Part shown: positions 44,508 through 54,800 of the stretch, one piece after another | Position numbering within the stretch: position 1 is the stretch's first letter | Layout: each line of letters begins with the position of its first letter | Source of the DNA: an uncultured Gemmatimonadales bacterium | Lineage (GTDB): Bacteria; Gemmatimonadota; Gemmatimonadetes; Longimicrobiales; Gaopeijiaceae | DNA: 64,000 nt | Reading direction: 5' to 3' | NCBI GenBank assembly: GCA_963823035.1 | Contig: CAWGKG010000007.1 | Coordinates: 128,001-192,000 of the forward strand | Notes under the pieces: generated by a model | The model's database searches: none | Seen by the model: only the letters and a program-made list of their open reading frames with translations | Told to the model about the DNA's origin: nothing | Position numbers and translations under genes: made by a program

Positions 44508-44723
44508 CTAGTCCTCGCGGCGCCGCTTCTTGACGAGGCGAAACTCGATGTTGCCGGAGGTCAGAGCCTCCAGCGAGCGCGTCGTGAGCTTCTTCTCCTC
44601 GCCGATCGGCATCGCGTCACGGGGAAGCGAGTTGAGCTCGCGCGCGTACTTCGCGGCCACCAGGACGCCGAGGTACTTGCTCTCGGTGCCCTTGGCCACC
44701 TCCATGGGTGTGAACACTCGCAT
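44508..44723 (-). CDS. rpoZ: RNA polymerase omega subunit
   Basis: SKYLGVLVAAKYAREL...SLEAL..G.I; conserved gmk-rpoZ-coaBC context. Confidence 0.85.
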   Translation of the reverse strand: MRVFTPMEVAKGTESKYLGVLVAAKYARELNSLPRDAMPIGEEKKLTTRSLEALTSGNIEFRLVKKRRRED

Positions 44724-44733
44724 GGTCGTTCTC

Positions 44734-45403
44734 CTATCCGCTGATGTTGGCGTATTCGTCCTGCAGGATGCGCGCGATCTCGGAGCGCATCGCTTCCACG
44801 TCCTTCCCCAGCGCCCTCGCCCGCGCCGTCCTGCGCGACTCGGCGCGCACGATGCCCCGGATCTCCGCGAGGCACTTCTCCAGGTCGTCGTTGACGACCA
44901 CGTGATCGAACTCCGGTACCGCACGCAGCTCCTCGAGCGCCGTGCGCAGCCTGCGCGCCACCTGCTCGCCGCTCTCGGTCCCGCGCCCGGTCAGCCGTTT
45001 CACCAGCGCGCGCACCGAGGGAGGCATGACGAACACCAGGAGGGCATCGGGCACGGATCGCCGGATCTGCCTCGCCCCCTGGACGTCGATGTCGAGCACC
45101 ACGTGCTCCCCGTGCTCCGCCGCGTCTCTCCAGCTCGCTGCGCGGGGTTCCGTACGCCTCCCCGTGCACCTCCGCCCATTCGGCCAGCTCGCCCGCCGCC
45201 ACCATCTCCTCGAAGCGCGCGCGACCCACGAAGTGGTAGTCCACCCCGTCCTGCTCCCCCCGGCGCGGCGACCTCGTCGTCGCGGACACCGAGAAGCAAT
45301 AACCGTCGGAGCGCTTCACCAGCGCGCGGGCCAGCGTGGTCTTCCCCGTGCCGCTGGGCGCGGCGAGCACGACGGGGAACGGCCGGTAGCCCAGGGCGAT
45401 CAC
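44734..45403 (-). CDS. gmk: Guanylate kinase (frameshift near 45125)
   Basis: APSGTGKTT, SVSATTR.PR.GE.DGVDY, YGTP, LDIDVQGA. Confidence 0.93.
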
Positions 45404-46288
45404 TCGATGTTCTCCACCTGCTCCCGCAAGCGCTCGATCTCCTCCTTGAGGGCCATGGACGCCTCCGTGATCTCCTGGTCGTTGGCCTTCGACCCGATCG
45501 TGTTGGCCTCGCGGTGCATCTCCTGCACGAGGAAGCCGAGGCGCTTGCCCACCGGCTCGGCGCTGTCCGTGTCGAGCGCCTCCCGGAAGAGGGAGATGTG
45601 CGACCGGAACCGCACGATCTCCTCGTTGATGTCCCACCGCTCCGCGAGGTACGCGATCTCGCGCGCAAGACGATCTTCGTCGACTTCGACCTGCTCGGTC
45701 AAATCGCGGATCGCCCCGCGCAGGCGCTCACGTTCGCGCACGATGCGCTCCGGCGCTCGGGCAGCCACGGCGTCCACATGGGCGGCCATGGCCTCGAGCC
45801 GCCCCGCGAGGTCGTCGTGCAAACGAGCCCCCTCGGCCTCGCGCAGGGCGACCACGCCCCGAATGGCCTCCTCCGCCATCGCCTTCAGCACCTCGACGTC
45901 CACGGTAGGTGTCGCCTCGGACTCCGGGGCACGGAAGATGTCCCCGAAGCGGGCCAGCATCCCCAGGTCGACCGCTCCCGGGATCGCGAGCTCCTTCTGG
46001 ACGGCCTCCAGGGCCTCCTTGTAGCCGCGAGCGCGATCGAGGTCGACACGCACGCCCCCCACGGCCTCGGCGCCGCGGCGGTCGATCGACAGGGACGCGG
46101 CCGACGTGGCCGCGCGAGACGTGCGCCCGGAACACCTCGGTGAGGTCCCGCTCGACGCGGTCGAAGCCCGACGGCGTCTTGACGTTCGCGTTGAAGAAGC
46201 GGTGGTTGACCGTCTTCACCTCGAGCCTGAGGCGGCCGACGGGGTCGTCCCGCTCGGCCTCCCCGTACCCGGTCATGCTCCGGATCAT
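45400..46288 (-). CDS. YicC/YloC family endoribonuclease (frameshifts near 46070-46100)
   Basis: MIRSMTGYG...VNHRF; DINEEIVRF...GKRLGFLVQEMHREANTIGSK...REQVENIE. Confidence 0.92.
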
Positions 46289-46395
46289 CCCGGCTCCACG
46301 CCGTGGGGGTCTTCGCGCCGTCTCCGGCAGAGCCTGGTAACATAATGGCTGGCGGCGCCGGGTCGAAGGATGGCCCGACGCGGCCGGATGGTCTG

Positions 46396-48318
46396 TCAGT
46401 TCCACATGGTCCAGCGGATGCCGTAGAACGCCCGCGTGATCGGAAGCAGGCGGTCCGGGAAATCCTGCAGGTCGCGGCGGACGGTGAAGTTGTCCCATCC
46501 CATGAAGATGCGGACGGTCACGATCCGGAGTTGGAGGCGCGCGTACCAGTTCTGGTAGAAGGGCACCTGGCCGTACACCGTTCCCCCCTCGCCCGAACCG
46601 TCGTCGACCAGCTGGCGCGTGGTCATCTCGTCGCGGCCGACCACGCCCATGGTGAGCCACATCTCGAAGTTCTCCGACTCGAGGAAGGTGCGGTGGTAGA
46701 CCGCAGCGCCTCGGTAGATGCGCGCGGGCATGTACGACCAGGGCCGCGCCCATTCCTGATACGAGCCTTCGACGTGCAGCCCCCGCAGGATGGGAAGGGG
46801 CAGACTGCCCGTGGCCTCCCACCCCTGGTGGCCCACCCCCGCGGCGATCGCGGGCTCGCCCCGGTCCGGCAGGATCCCCACCGGGAGGAGCGAATCCGCG
46901 TCCAGCCAGAGACGCGCCCCGGACAGCGTGATCCCCCAGAGCGACCACTGGACGCCGTAGCGCGTCGCCGTGCGCTCCGTGGTCCGGAAAGCCGGGGGAG
47001 GCGGCTCCGCGACCGGCGGCTCCACGGAGTCCGCCGCGGCGGCCGGGAGCGTCATGTTCCCCAGCGGGAAGGTGCGAGCCCCATACGTCCCGGAGCCCCA
47101 CGAGCCGAAGGCCGAGAAGCCGAGAAGAGGCCGCGTCCATCCCCGCACGTGCCGGGCCATCACGGTCTCGCCCCCCCAGGTCGCCCGGTCGAGGTCCGCC
47201 ACGAAGCCTCCCACGAGGGGGAGGTCGGCGCCGACCGACACGTCGATCCGGTCCGAAGGCAGCCCGTCGTCGCCACCGAAATGCCGGTAGGCGGCGTCGG
47301 CGAACACGCCCTTCACTTCCCACGCCGCGCGCACGCCGAGCTGCGAGCGGCGCCCGCCCTCGGTAGCGAAGGCCGTGTCGTCGACCTCGTGGCTGGAGCG
47401 GCCCCAGAAGGCCTCCGCCGTGAGTCCGCCGGGGACGCGCACCCTACCCCGCACGGTGAGGTCCGAGCGCGTCGCGTTGGCGAAGTACGGATTCGCCTGG
47501 GTCTGGCTCGCCATGCGCCGGTAGTCGACCGCGATGCCCGCCGCGTCCCCCCGGTGGAGCTGATAGCGCAACCAGGTACCCTGCACATAGCCCTGCTCGT
47601 TGCCGCGCGCCCCCCGCGAGTCGGCCCGTTCGAGCGCGAGCGCGATGTCGCCGCCCAGCGCGGTGGGGTTGGCGAACATTCCACGCAGGAGGTTGGTGTT
47701 CAGATCGCCCGTACCGGCCTCGACGAGCGAGTAGGCCCGTCCGTCCTCGAAGGCGAAGCTGTCGACGTAGATGCGGATCTCGTCCGGGAGGCGCTCCAAT
47801 CGGACACCGGTGACGCCGCCGAGCCCGACGCGGGAGAGGTCGACGCTGCCGCCGGCCAGCGGCACGAGCTCGAAGCCGTCCCGGAACACACGGATCCTCC
47901 CCGCACCGAGGCCGAACGCGGTGACGGTCTGCGGCGTGCCGTAGTCGCCGGTACGCAGCGCGACCATCCCCGGGACCTTCTCGAGGAGATCGACGAGGGT
48001 GGCCGCCCCCGACGCGAGGATCTCGTCGTGGTTCCAGCTCCACGCGCCGCTCTCCCACCCGTTGGCCGGCCGGTGGTCCATCGTGGGCAGGTTGTAGAAG
48101 ATCGTGTCCGCCTCGGCGCTGTCTCCCGGCGGCAACGAGTCGGGCATCGGGCGGATGGGCGGCGGGACGGTGTCGGTGCGCAGCGTGTCCGCGCGCAGGG
48201 AGTCCGGCCGCGCCTGCGCCGCGAGGTGCCCCGGCCCACCGAAGAGGAGGGCCGCGAGCAGCAGACGGGATGGAGCGGCCGCGGCGCGAAGCCGGCGCGG
48301 CGGGTGCGGGAAAGGCAC
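46396..48318 (-). CDS. Outer-membrane beta-barrel protein with TonB-receptor plug-like N-terminus
   Basis: Signal peptide; EILASGAATLVDLLEKVPGM...RVFRDG plug-like segment; amphipathic strands ending YGIRWTMWN. Confidence 0.65.
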   Translation of the reverse strand: MPFPHPPRRLRAAAAPSRLLLAALLFGGPGHLAAQARPDSLRADTLRTDTVPPPIRPMPDSLPPGDSAEADTIFYNLPTMDHRPANGWESGAWSWNHDEILASGAATLVDLLEKVPGMVALRTGDYGTPQTVTAFGLGAGRIRVFRDGFELVPLAGGSVDLSRVGLGGVTGVRLERLPDEIRIYVDSFAFEDGRAYSLVEAGTGDLNTNLLRGMFANPTALGGDIALALERADSRGARGNEQGYVQGTWLRYQLHRGDAAGIAVDYRRMASQTQANPYFANATRSDLTVRGRVRVPGGLTAEAFWGRSSHEVDDTAFATEGGRRSQLGVRAAWEVKGVFADAAYRHFGGDDGLPSDRIDVSVGADLPLVGGFVADLDRATWGGETVMARHVRGWTRPLLGFSAFGSWGSGTYGARTFPLGNMTLPAAAADSVEPPVAEPPPPAFRTTERTATRYGVQWSLWGITLSGARLWLDADSLLPVGILPDRGEPAIAAGVGHQGWEATGSLPLPILRGLHVEGSYQEWARPWSYMPARIYRGAAVYHRTFLESENFEMWLTMGVVGRDEMTTRQLVDDGSGEGGTVYGQVPFYQNWYARLQLRIVTVRIFMGWDNFTVRRDLQDFPDRLLPITRAFYGIRWTMWN

Positions 48319-48320
48319 GA

Positions 48321-49814
48321 TCAGGCGACGCGGCTCCTGATCCACTCCGTCAGCAGCCGGGTGGGAAAGCCGTATCCCCCCTTGCGCTGGTACGGCAGCT
48401 TGCCGTCGCCGTAGGCCGTGCCCGCGATGTCGAGATGCGCCCAACGAGTGTCTCCGACGAACTCCGAGAGGAAGCACGCGGCCGTGATCGAGCCGGCGGG
48501 ACGACCCCCGACGTTCATCAGATCGGCGGTCTCACTCTCCAGTTGCTTCTTGTACTCGTCCCAGAGAGGAAGGGGCCAGCAACGCTCTCCCGACCGGGTG
48601 CCGGCCCCGCGCAGCTCGTCGATCAGGGGGTCGTCGTTGCCGATCACGGCGGCCGCGTGGTAGCCGAGGCCGATCACCACGGCGCCGGTCAGCGTCGCGC
48701 AGTCGACCATCGCGGCAGGGTTCATCCTCGCTCCCCAGGCAAGCGCGTCCGCGAGGATCAGGCGCCCCTCCGCATCGGTGTTGATCACCTCGACGGTCTT
48801 GCCCGCGAGCGTCTGGATCACGTCACCCGGCTTGACGGCGCTCCCCGACGGGAGGTTCTCCGAGGAGGGCACGATCCCCACGACGTTCGCCGGGACGCCC
48901 AGCTCGGCCACCACCTGCATGGTGGCGATCACCGCCGCGCCTCCGGACATGTCGTACTTCATGTCCTCCATCCCGGAGGCCGGCTTGATCGAGATGCCCC
49001 CGGCGTCGAAGGTGAGCCCCTTCCCCACCAGCACCAGGGGCGCGTCGCCGTCCGCGCCGCCGCGGTGCTCGAGGACGATGAGGCGCGCCTCCTCCGTCGA
49101 GCCGGCGGAGACGGCGAGGATGGCGTGCATCCCCTCGCGCCGCATCGCTTCCTCGTCCAGGAAGGAGAACTTCAGGCCCACCTCGGACGCCATCCGTTCG
49201 GCTTCGGCGCTGAGGTGCGACGGGGTCGCCACGTTGCCGGGGCGAGCCTGTAGCGTGCGGGCGAAGTTCTCGCCGCGCCCCACGATCTCCCCGACGCGCG
49301 TGCCCTCCGCGAGCACCGCGGCGTCGCCCTCGCCGAAGAGGTCGGCACGGCCGACCGCCTTCCCCCGGTCGTCCTCGTCGGGACGCTTCAGCTCCGTGAA
49401 GCGCCACGCCGCGAGCGCGGCTCCCTCCGCGGCGGCCTGCGCCCGCGCGGCTTCCGTGGTGGGACCCACGGCGTCGAGCCAGAGGGAGAGGGCGTCCAGC
49501 CCGAGCCGCTCCGCGAGGCGCACGCCACGCCCGGCGAGCCGGCGCACCTGTTCGGCGTCGAACGCGTCGGCCTTCCCGATGCCGAGCAGGGCCACGCGGT
49601 TCGGCCCGCCGTCCTCGCCCCCGAAGAGCACGACCTCGTCCTTCGCCTTTCCCCGCACGTCGCCCGAGCGGAGCGCGCGGCCGACCGCGCCGGCGAGCCG
49701 CTCGTCGAGGCGCGCGAGAAATCCCCGAGGGGCCGTGACGCCCTCGGGCACACCGACGACGAGAAGCGGCGCGTCGTGGGCGAGGGGGTCGGAGTCCTGG
49801 AAACGGACCTGCAT
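48321..49814 (-). CDS. pepA: Leucyl aminopeptidase (M17)
   Basis: VGKGLTFDAGG, MKYDMSG, NTDAEGRL, ATLTGA, HLDIAG. Confidence 0.96.
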   Translation of the reverse strand: MQVRFQDSDPLAHDAPLLVVGVPEGVTAPRGFLARLDERLAGAVGRALRSGDVRGKAKDEVVLFGGEDGGPNRVALLGIGKADAFDAEQVRRLAGRGVRLAERLGLDALSLWLDAVGPTTEAARAQAAAEGAALAAWRFTELKRPDEDDRGKAVGRADLFGEGDAAVLAEGTRVGEIVGRGENFARTLQARPGNVATPSHLSAEAERMASEVGLKFSFLDEEAMRREGMHAILAVSAGSTEEARLIVLEHRGGADGDAPLVLVGKGLTFDAGGISIKPASGMEDMKYDMSGGAAVIATMQVVAELGVPANVVGIVPSSENLPSGSAVKPGDVIQTLAGKTVEVINTDAEGRLILADALAWGARMNPAAMVDCATLTGAVVIGLGYHAAAVIGNDDPLIDELRGAGTRSGERCWPLPLWDEYKKQLESETADLMNVGGRPAGSITAACFLSEFVGDTRWAHLDIAGTAYGDGKLPYQRKGGYGFPTRLLTEWIRSRVA

Positions 49815-49987
49815 GGCGGGCTCGGGGGTTCGGAGGGGGGTGGGCGCGCTCGCGTGCGACCCACGCGTCATGTCGACCGGGCCGTGCGAAGCGGCCAGGA
49901 GCTCGTCGCGCTGCCCTGGCCCAAGGCGAGGGAAAGCGCCGAAGAGCCCGGAAGTTATTCGGATTTCGAGGAAAGGGGCAAGCGCCG

Positions 49988-50689
49988 ATGAGCACGAACG
50001 TGGCGGTGGTGACCGGAGGGGCGGGAGGGCTGGGCGGAGCCGTGGTGGAGGCCCTGCTCGGCGACGGGTGGCGCGTCTGGGTGCCGTGGCGCGCCGAGGG
50101 CGAGGACGCTCGCCTGAAGGAGCGCATCGGAGACGCGGACGGACTCCGCCTCCGTCAGGTGGACCTCGTCGACCCCGCCGCGGTGGAGGCGCTCTTCGCG
50201 GCGGTGCGCGACGGCGACGGCCGGCTCGACCTCCTGTGCAACCTCGTGGGCGGCTTCGCGATGGCTCCGGTCGACGAGACCGACCCCGCGACCTGGCGGC
50301 GCATGTGGGAGACCAACGCCACCGCCCCCTTCCTGGCCGTGCGGGCCGCCGTGCCGCTCCTGCGCGCCTCGGGGGGAGGACGGATCGTCAACGTGGCCGC
50401 GGCCGCCGCGCTGGGCGGGCCGATCGGCGGGATGAGCGCCTATCTGGCCGCCAAGTCCGGCGTGGTGAGCTTGACCCGCAACCTCGCGAAGGAGCTGGGC
50501 CCAGCCGGGATCACCGTGAACGCCGTCGCGCCCACCACGATCGACACGCCGGCGAACCGGCGCGCGAACCCCGACGCCGATCGGACCACGTGGCTCCGTC
50601 CGGAGGAGATCGCCACGGTGATCCACTTCCTCGCCGGTCCGGGAGCGGCGGTCGTGTCGGGCAACGTGGTGGAGCTCAGGAAGGGCTGA
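49988..50689 (+). CDS. Short-chain dehydrogenase/reductase
   Basis: TGGAGGLG, YLAAK, VNAVAP. Confidence 0.92.
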   Translation: MSTNVAVVTGGAGGLGGAVVEALLGDGWRVWVPWRAEGEDARLKERIGDADGLRLRQVDLVDPAAVEALFAAVRDGDGRLDLLCNLVGGFAMAPVDETDPATWRRMWETNATAPFLAVRAAVPLLRASGGGRIVNVAAAAALGGPIGGMSAYLAAKSGVVSLTRNLAKELGPAGITVNAVAPTTIDTPANRRANPDADRTTWLRPEEIATVIHFLAGPGAAVVSGNVVELRKG

Positions 50690-51623
50690 GGAGCGCCCGG
50701 CGCATGCGCCGGATCGTGTCCGGACCCGTGCGGCAGCAACCGCCCAGCACCGCCGCCCCCAGCGCCCGCCACCCGGGGGCGGCCGCCGCAGGGTCGTCGG
50801 CCGCCGCACCCGCCCTCCACACCCTGGCGCCCGCGTCGTAGACCTCCCCGGAGTTCGGATAGGCCGCGAGGGGCTTCGCGGTCGCCGAGCGCGCGCGATC
50901 GAGGAGCGCCGGAACGCGCGACGGCGGCACGCAGTTCACCCCCACCGCGGCGACGCGCTCGGCCGCGTCGCAGAGCCGAACCGCGTCCTCCAGCGGCGTC
51001 CCGTCGGCGAGGTGGGCCTCGTCACGGCACTGGAAGGAGATCCACGCCCAGCGGTCCGGCGTCTCCGCGAGGAGGCACAGCAGCGCGCGCGTCTCCGCCA
51101 GGGACGGGATCGTCTCGCAGGCGAGGAGGTCGGCCGGCGAGGCGGCGAGGAGTCGCCAACGTCGACGGTGGAAACCGACGAGCGCCTCCTCGTCGAGATC
51201 GTACGCACCGGTGTACTCCGAGCCATCCGCGAGGTAGGCCCCGTAGGGCCCCACGCTGGCGGCGACGAGGGGCTCCAGACGTTCCGCACGTCGCGCCGGG
51301 TCCCGCCAGAAGGCGTCCCGGGCCTCCACGGCCAGGGCCACCGCCCTGCGGAACGCCTGCTCGGCCTGCGTGTCGGACAGGCCCCGCGCCGTGAAGCCCT
51401 CGAACGTCGCCTGGTAGGTGACCGTGGCGATGCAGTCCGCACCGGCCTCCAGGTAGCTCCGATGGACGGCGCGCACCACCTCGGGCGCGTCGAGGAGGAC
51501 CCTGGCCGACCAGAGGGGGTCGTCGAGGCCCTCCCCGCGCGCCTCGAGCGCGGTCGCGAGGCCCCCGTCGAGGACCACCACCCCCTGGGCGCGGAGGAAC
51601 GGAGCGAAGGGATCGGCGACCAT
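50676..51623 (-). CDS. mmuM: Homocysteine S-methyltransferase
   Basis: LDGGLATAL, PLWSA, GPYGAYLADGSEY, GVNC, YPNSGE, GGCC. Confidence 0.93.
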   Translation of the reverse strand: MVADPFAPFLRAQGVVVLDGGLATALEARGEGLDDPLWSARVLLDAPEVVRAVHRSYLEAGADCIATVTYQATFEGFTARGLSDTQAEQAFRRAVALAVEARDAFWRDPARRAERLEPLVAASVGPYGAYLADGSEYTGAYDLDEEALVGFHRRRWRLLAASPADLLACETIPSLAETRALLCLLAETPDRWAWISFQCRDEAHLADGTPLEDAVRLCDAAERVAAVGVNCVPPSRVPALLDRARSATAKPLAAYPNSGEVYDAGARVWRAGAAADDPAAAAPGWRALGAAVLGGCCRTGPDTIRRMRRALLSPS

Positions 51624-51785
51624 GCCGAACGCTCACACCGGCTTCCCCTGCTGGCAACGTTTGCAGGGCGCGGGCCGGCGTTGCCGCCCGCGGGGGCCGG
51701 AAAAGCGCGTCACGGCGGGATCTTCGGCCAGGCACGCCCCTTGCGCCTCATGGGGGTTCCCCCAAGGGAGGGGCGCGACGCACCC

Positions 51786-53435
51786 ATGGGCGTTCCCGAC
51801 ACGCGAAACGACCCGCCGCTGCATCCGGCCCGGGAGCGGGCCCTGGAAGGGCTCTTCCTCGGCAGTCCTCTCCCCATCCTCCTCGTCGACGCGCGCTCCC
51901 GGACGATCGCGCGGGCAAACACGGCGCTCGGAACGCTGCTCGGGTGGCCGGGTGAGGCCCTCGCGGGGCGGCCGCTGTCCACCCTGGACCCGGCGGAGGG
52001 CGGCGAGATCGCAGAGTATCTTCTGCTGGCCCTGGCGTGCAGGGACTCGAGCCCTCGTACGCGTTCGTGGCGAACGCGCTCGGGCGAGGACGTCCCGGTC
52101 GAGATCCGCGCCGTACGGCTGCACGGGGACCAGGGCACGCTCCTGGCGCTCTACGCGCGCGACCTCCGGGAGGAGGAGCGCGCGCACGGTGAGCGAGAGG
52201 CCCTGCAGTCGCAGCTGTGGAAGGCCCAGAAGCACGAGGCCGTCGGCCGCCTGGTGGCCGGGATCGCCCACGGGTTCAACGAGCTCCTTGCGACCGTCGT
52301 GCTGGGCGCGGAGGCGGTGCGCGAGCGGGCGGAGGACGCCCGGTCGCGGGTCGACCTCGACGGAATCGCCGAAGCCGCCTTGCGCGCTCGCGATCTGACC
52401 CGGGATCTGGTGGCGTTCACCGCACGCGAGCCGCAGGAGGCGGCACCGATCCGACTCGACGACCTCCTGCTCGAGACGCACGGCCTTCTTCGTCACGCGC
52501 TGCCCGGCGACATCCGCCTGGTGCTGCGCCCCTGTCGCGGCAACACCGTCGTGCGCGCCGATCCCGGGCAGGTGCAGCAGATCCTCGTCAACCTGATGGT
52601 CAACGCACGCGAGGCCATGCCGGGAGGCGGCTACCTGGTGGTGGCCACGCGGGAGGTCGAGCTGGACGAGGCGTCCGGCGAAGACCACCCCTCCCTGCGG
52701 AGTGGGCCGTACGTCCTCCTCAGCGTGACCGACACGGGCGAAGGGATGGACGAAGACACCTGCGCGCGGCTCTTCGAGCCCTTCTTCAGCACCCACGAGG
52801 AAGGCGGGACGCGCGGCCTGGGCCTCGCCACCGTGCGAGGGATCGCGCGGCGATGCGGAGGAGACGTGGGCGTGACCACCCAGGCCGGCGTCGGGACCAC
52901 GCTCCAGGTATACCTCCCCCGCCTCGGGACGGAGGCGGGGGCGCCCGTACCCACGCGGCCGGCTCGGGGCGATCCGATCCCACGAGGGACGGAGCACATC
53001 CTCCTGGTCGAAGACGACGAGGCGGTCCGCGGGGGAACCGCCAAGGCGCTCCGCAGGCTCGGATACCACGTCACCGTGGCCGCGGGGCCCGAGGAGGCCC
53101 TCCGCATCCACGAGGAGCTGTGGCCCGACCGCGGCCCCCATCCGATCGACCTCCTGGTCACCGACGTCGTGATGCCCGACATGACGGGGCCGGAGATGGT
53201 GCGCCGGCTACGGTCGAAGCGCGAGGATCTGCCCGTCCTGTACGTGTCCGGCTATCTCGGTCCGGAGCACCGGAGGCGCCCCGACCCCATGGGCACGATC
53301 GGCCACCTCGCCAAGCCGTTCACGCTCACGGAGCTGGGGGAGAGTGTGCGGAGCTTCCTGGAGCGTCTGGCCGATCCTCCGCCCGAGCCGTCGGATCTTC
53401 CGGCGGACAACACCCCCGGGTCGTCTCCTCCATGA
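51786..53435 (+). CDS. PAS-domain hybrid histidine kinase with receiver domain (CckA-like architecture)
   Basis: PAS region; GIAHGFNELL H-box; NLMVNAREAM, DTGEG, GLGL; receiver LLVEDD...LLVTDVVMP...KPF; start inferred. Confidence 0.9.
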   Translation: MGVPDTRNDPPLHPARERALEGLFLGSPLPILLVDARSRTIARANTALGTLLGWPGEALAGRPLSTLDPAEGGEIAEYLLLALACRDSSPRTRSWRTRSGEDVPVEIRAVRLHGDQGTLLALYARDLREEERAHGEREALQSQLWKAQKHEAVGRLVAGIAHGFNELLATVVLGAEAVRERAEDARSRVDLDGIAEAALRARDLTRDLVAFTAREPQEAAPIRLDDLLLETHGLLRHALPGDIRLVLRPCRGNTVVRADPGQVQQILVNLMVNAREAMPGGGYLVVATREVELDEASGEDHPSLRSGPYVLLSVTDTGEGMDEDTCARLFEPFFSTHEEGGTRGLGLATVRGIARRCGGDVGVTTQAGVGTTLQVYLPRLGTEAGAPVPTRPARGDPIPRGTEHILLVEDDEAVRGGTAKALRRLGYHVTVAAGPEEALRIHEELWPDRGPHPIDLLVTDVVMPDMTGPEMVRRLRSKREDLPVLYVSGYLGPEHRRRPDPMGTIGHLAKPFTLTELGESVRSFLERLADPPPEPSDLPADNTPGSSPP

Positions 53436-54507
53436 GGTGGCGCACCACGGCCTCGAGGCTTCTCGTCTCCTCGTAGACGCGAAGCTGCCGGTCGGCGCTG
53501 GAGCCCTCCTCCAGGATGCGCTCCACGTACGCGATCTGGTCGCGCGATCCCAGCTCGTCGAGCACGTCCTCGACGAAGTCCACCAGCTCGTGGATCATGT
53601 CGCGCGTCGCGACCTCCCTGCTCTTGCCGAGGTCGACGAGCTTCCCGTCCAGCCCGTAGCGCGCCGCGCGGAACTTGTTCTCCTGCAGGAGCTCGAGCGA
53701 ATAGGGGCGGAAGGTGAGGTTCTCGCTCCGGAGCTTCCACATCTTGGCCACGATGGCCTGGGTGAGGGCCGCCAGGCAGACGACCTCGTCGACCTGCGTT
53801 CCCATGTCGCAGATGCGGAACTCCAGCGTGGGATAGGCGTGCGAGGGGCGGAGGTCCCACCACAGCTTGGACGCATCCTGCATGGAGTTCGCCCCGACGA
53901 GCGTCGAGACCAGGTCCTCGTACTCGGCCCAGGTGCAGAACGCCGGCGGCACCCCCGAGCGGGGGAACTCCCGCCACACGCGGGTGCGGTAGGATTTGAG
54001 CCCCGTGTTGCGCCCCATCCAGAAGGGAGAGCTGGTCGACAGGGCGAGGAGGTGCGGGAGGAAGTATCGGGCCACGGTCATCGTGTCGATGAGGAACGCC
54101 CGGTCCTCGATCCCGACGTGGATGTGGGTCCCGAAGATCAGGTTCCTCCGGGCCACGTCCTGCAGGTCCTCCTCCAGCCCCAGGTAGCGATCCATCGGCG
54201 TGATCGGGGATTCGATCCAGGAGGAGATCGGATGGGTTCCCGAGGCCATGATCCGCAGGTCGTGCCGACCCGCCAGCGCGGTGACGGCGGTGCGCAGACG
54301 CACGATCTCCGAGCGTACGTCCAGGGGCGTCGCGCACACCTCGGTCCCGACCTCCACGGTGGACTGGTGGAGCTCGGGCTTGATGCCCTCCGCCGTGATC
54401 CGACCCTCCTCGAGGACCCGTGTGATGTAGGGGTGCAGGAGGCAGGTGTCGGGATCGACGACCTGATACTCCTCCTCGACGCCCAGGGTGAGGGAAGGCG
54501 GCTTCAT
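53326..54507 (-). CDS. Carboxylate-amine ligase (YbdK/GCS2 family)
   Basis: LTLGVEEEYQ, GTHP, GTHIHVG, SSPFW, WWDLRP...TLEFRICD, ENKFRAARYG. Confidence 0.93.
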   Translation of the reverse strand: MKPPSLTLGVEEEYQVVDPDTCLLHPYITRVLEEGRITAEGIKPELHQSTVEVGTEVCATPLDVRSEIVRLRTAVTALAGRHDLRIMASGTHPISSWIESPITPMDRYLGLEEDLQDVARRNLIFGTHIHVGIEDRAFLIDTMTVARYFLPHLLALSTSSPFWMGRNTGLKSYRTRVWREFPRSGVPPAFCTWAEYEDLVSTLVGANSMQDASKLWWDLRPSHAYPTLEFRICDMGTQVDEVVCLAALTQAIVAKMWKLRSENLTFRPYSLELLQENKFRAARYGLDGKLVDLGKSREVATRDMIHELVDFVEDVLDELGSRDQIAYVERILEEGSSADRQLRVYEETRSLEAVVRHLMEETTRGCCPPEDPTARAEDRPDAPGSSAHSPPAP

Positions 54508-54617
54508 GGGACCCCCGTGATGAGCACGGCCCGGGCAGGGCCCCGGTGTCGGGGAAGCTCTCTTGATTCTACAGGGACGGTGCGTGGAGGGTCCCCACTT
54601 CCCGGATCTCCTCCTCC

Positions 54618-54673
54618 TTGCTCCGGGTGGATCTTCGGGCTACCTTCGGTGAAAGATTCGGTTTCTGTTCGGT
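54618..54673 (+). promoter_or_regulatory. Promoter of the imuB-like operon overlapped by four phased TTCGG repeats
   Basis: TTGCTC (54618-54623) - 17 nt - TACCTT (54641-54646); TTCGG at 54634, 54645, 54657 and 54668. Confidence 0.55.
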
Positions 54674-54674
54674 A

Positions 54675-54800
54675 TTGGCTCCCCGGGCCCGGCGACCCGC
54701 CAAGGGATAGGGATGTGCAGGGTTGGGCCGAGTGCCGTCTCCGGAAGCGGCGCGTGTTCGACGGTGTGGACGTCGGAGGCCCGGGGAGCCAAGACTTTTT
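54675..54800 (+). ncRNA. Candidate structured leader or sRNA (four-way junction) upstream of the imuB-like gene
   Basis: Perfect 15-bp stem 54675-54689/54778-54792 enclosing three hairpins, followed by GACTTTTT. Confidence 0.45.

Noticed and set aside
53326..53435. 110-bp convergent overlap of the hybrid kinase and YbdK-like gene
   Set aside because: Both tails are low-complexity and an indel is plausible; no evidence of function.
54675..54792. Leader structure as a tRNA or Y RNA
   Set aside because: Cloverleaf-like and contains GTTCGA, but arm lengths, anticodon loop and D-loop do not fit, and no Ro60/rtcB gene is nearby.
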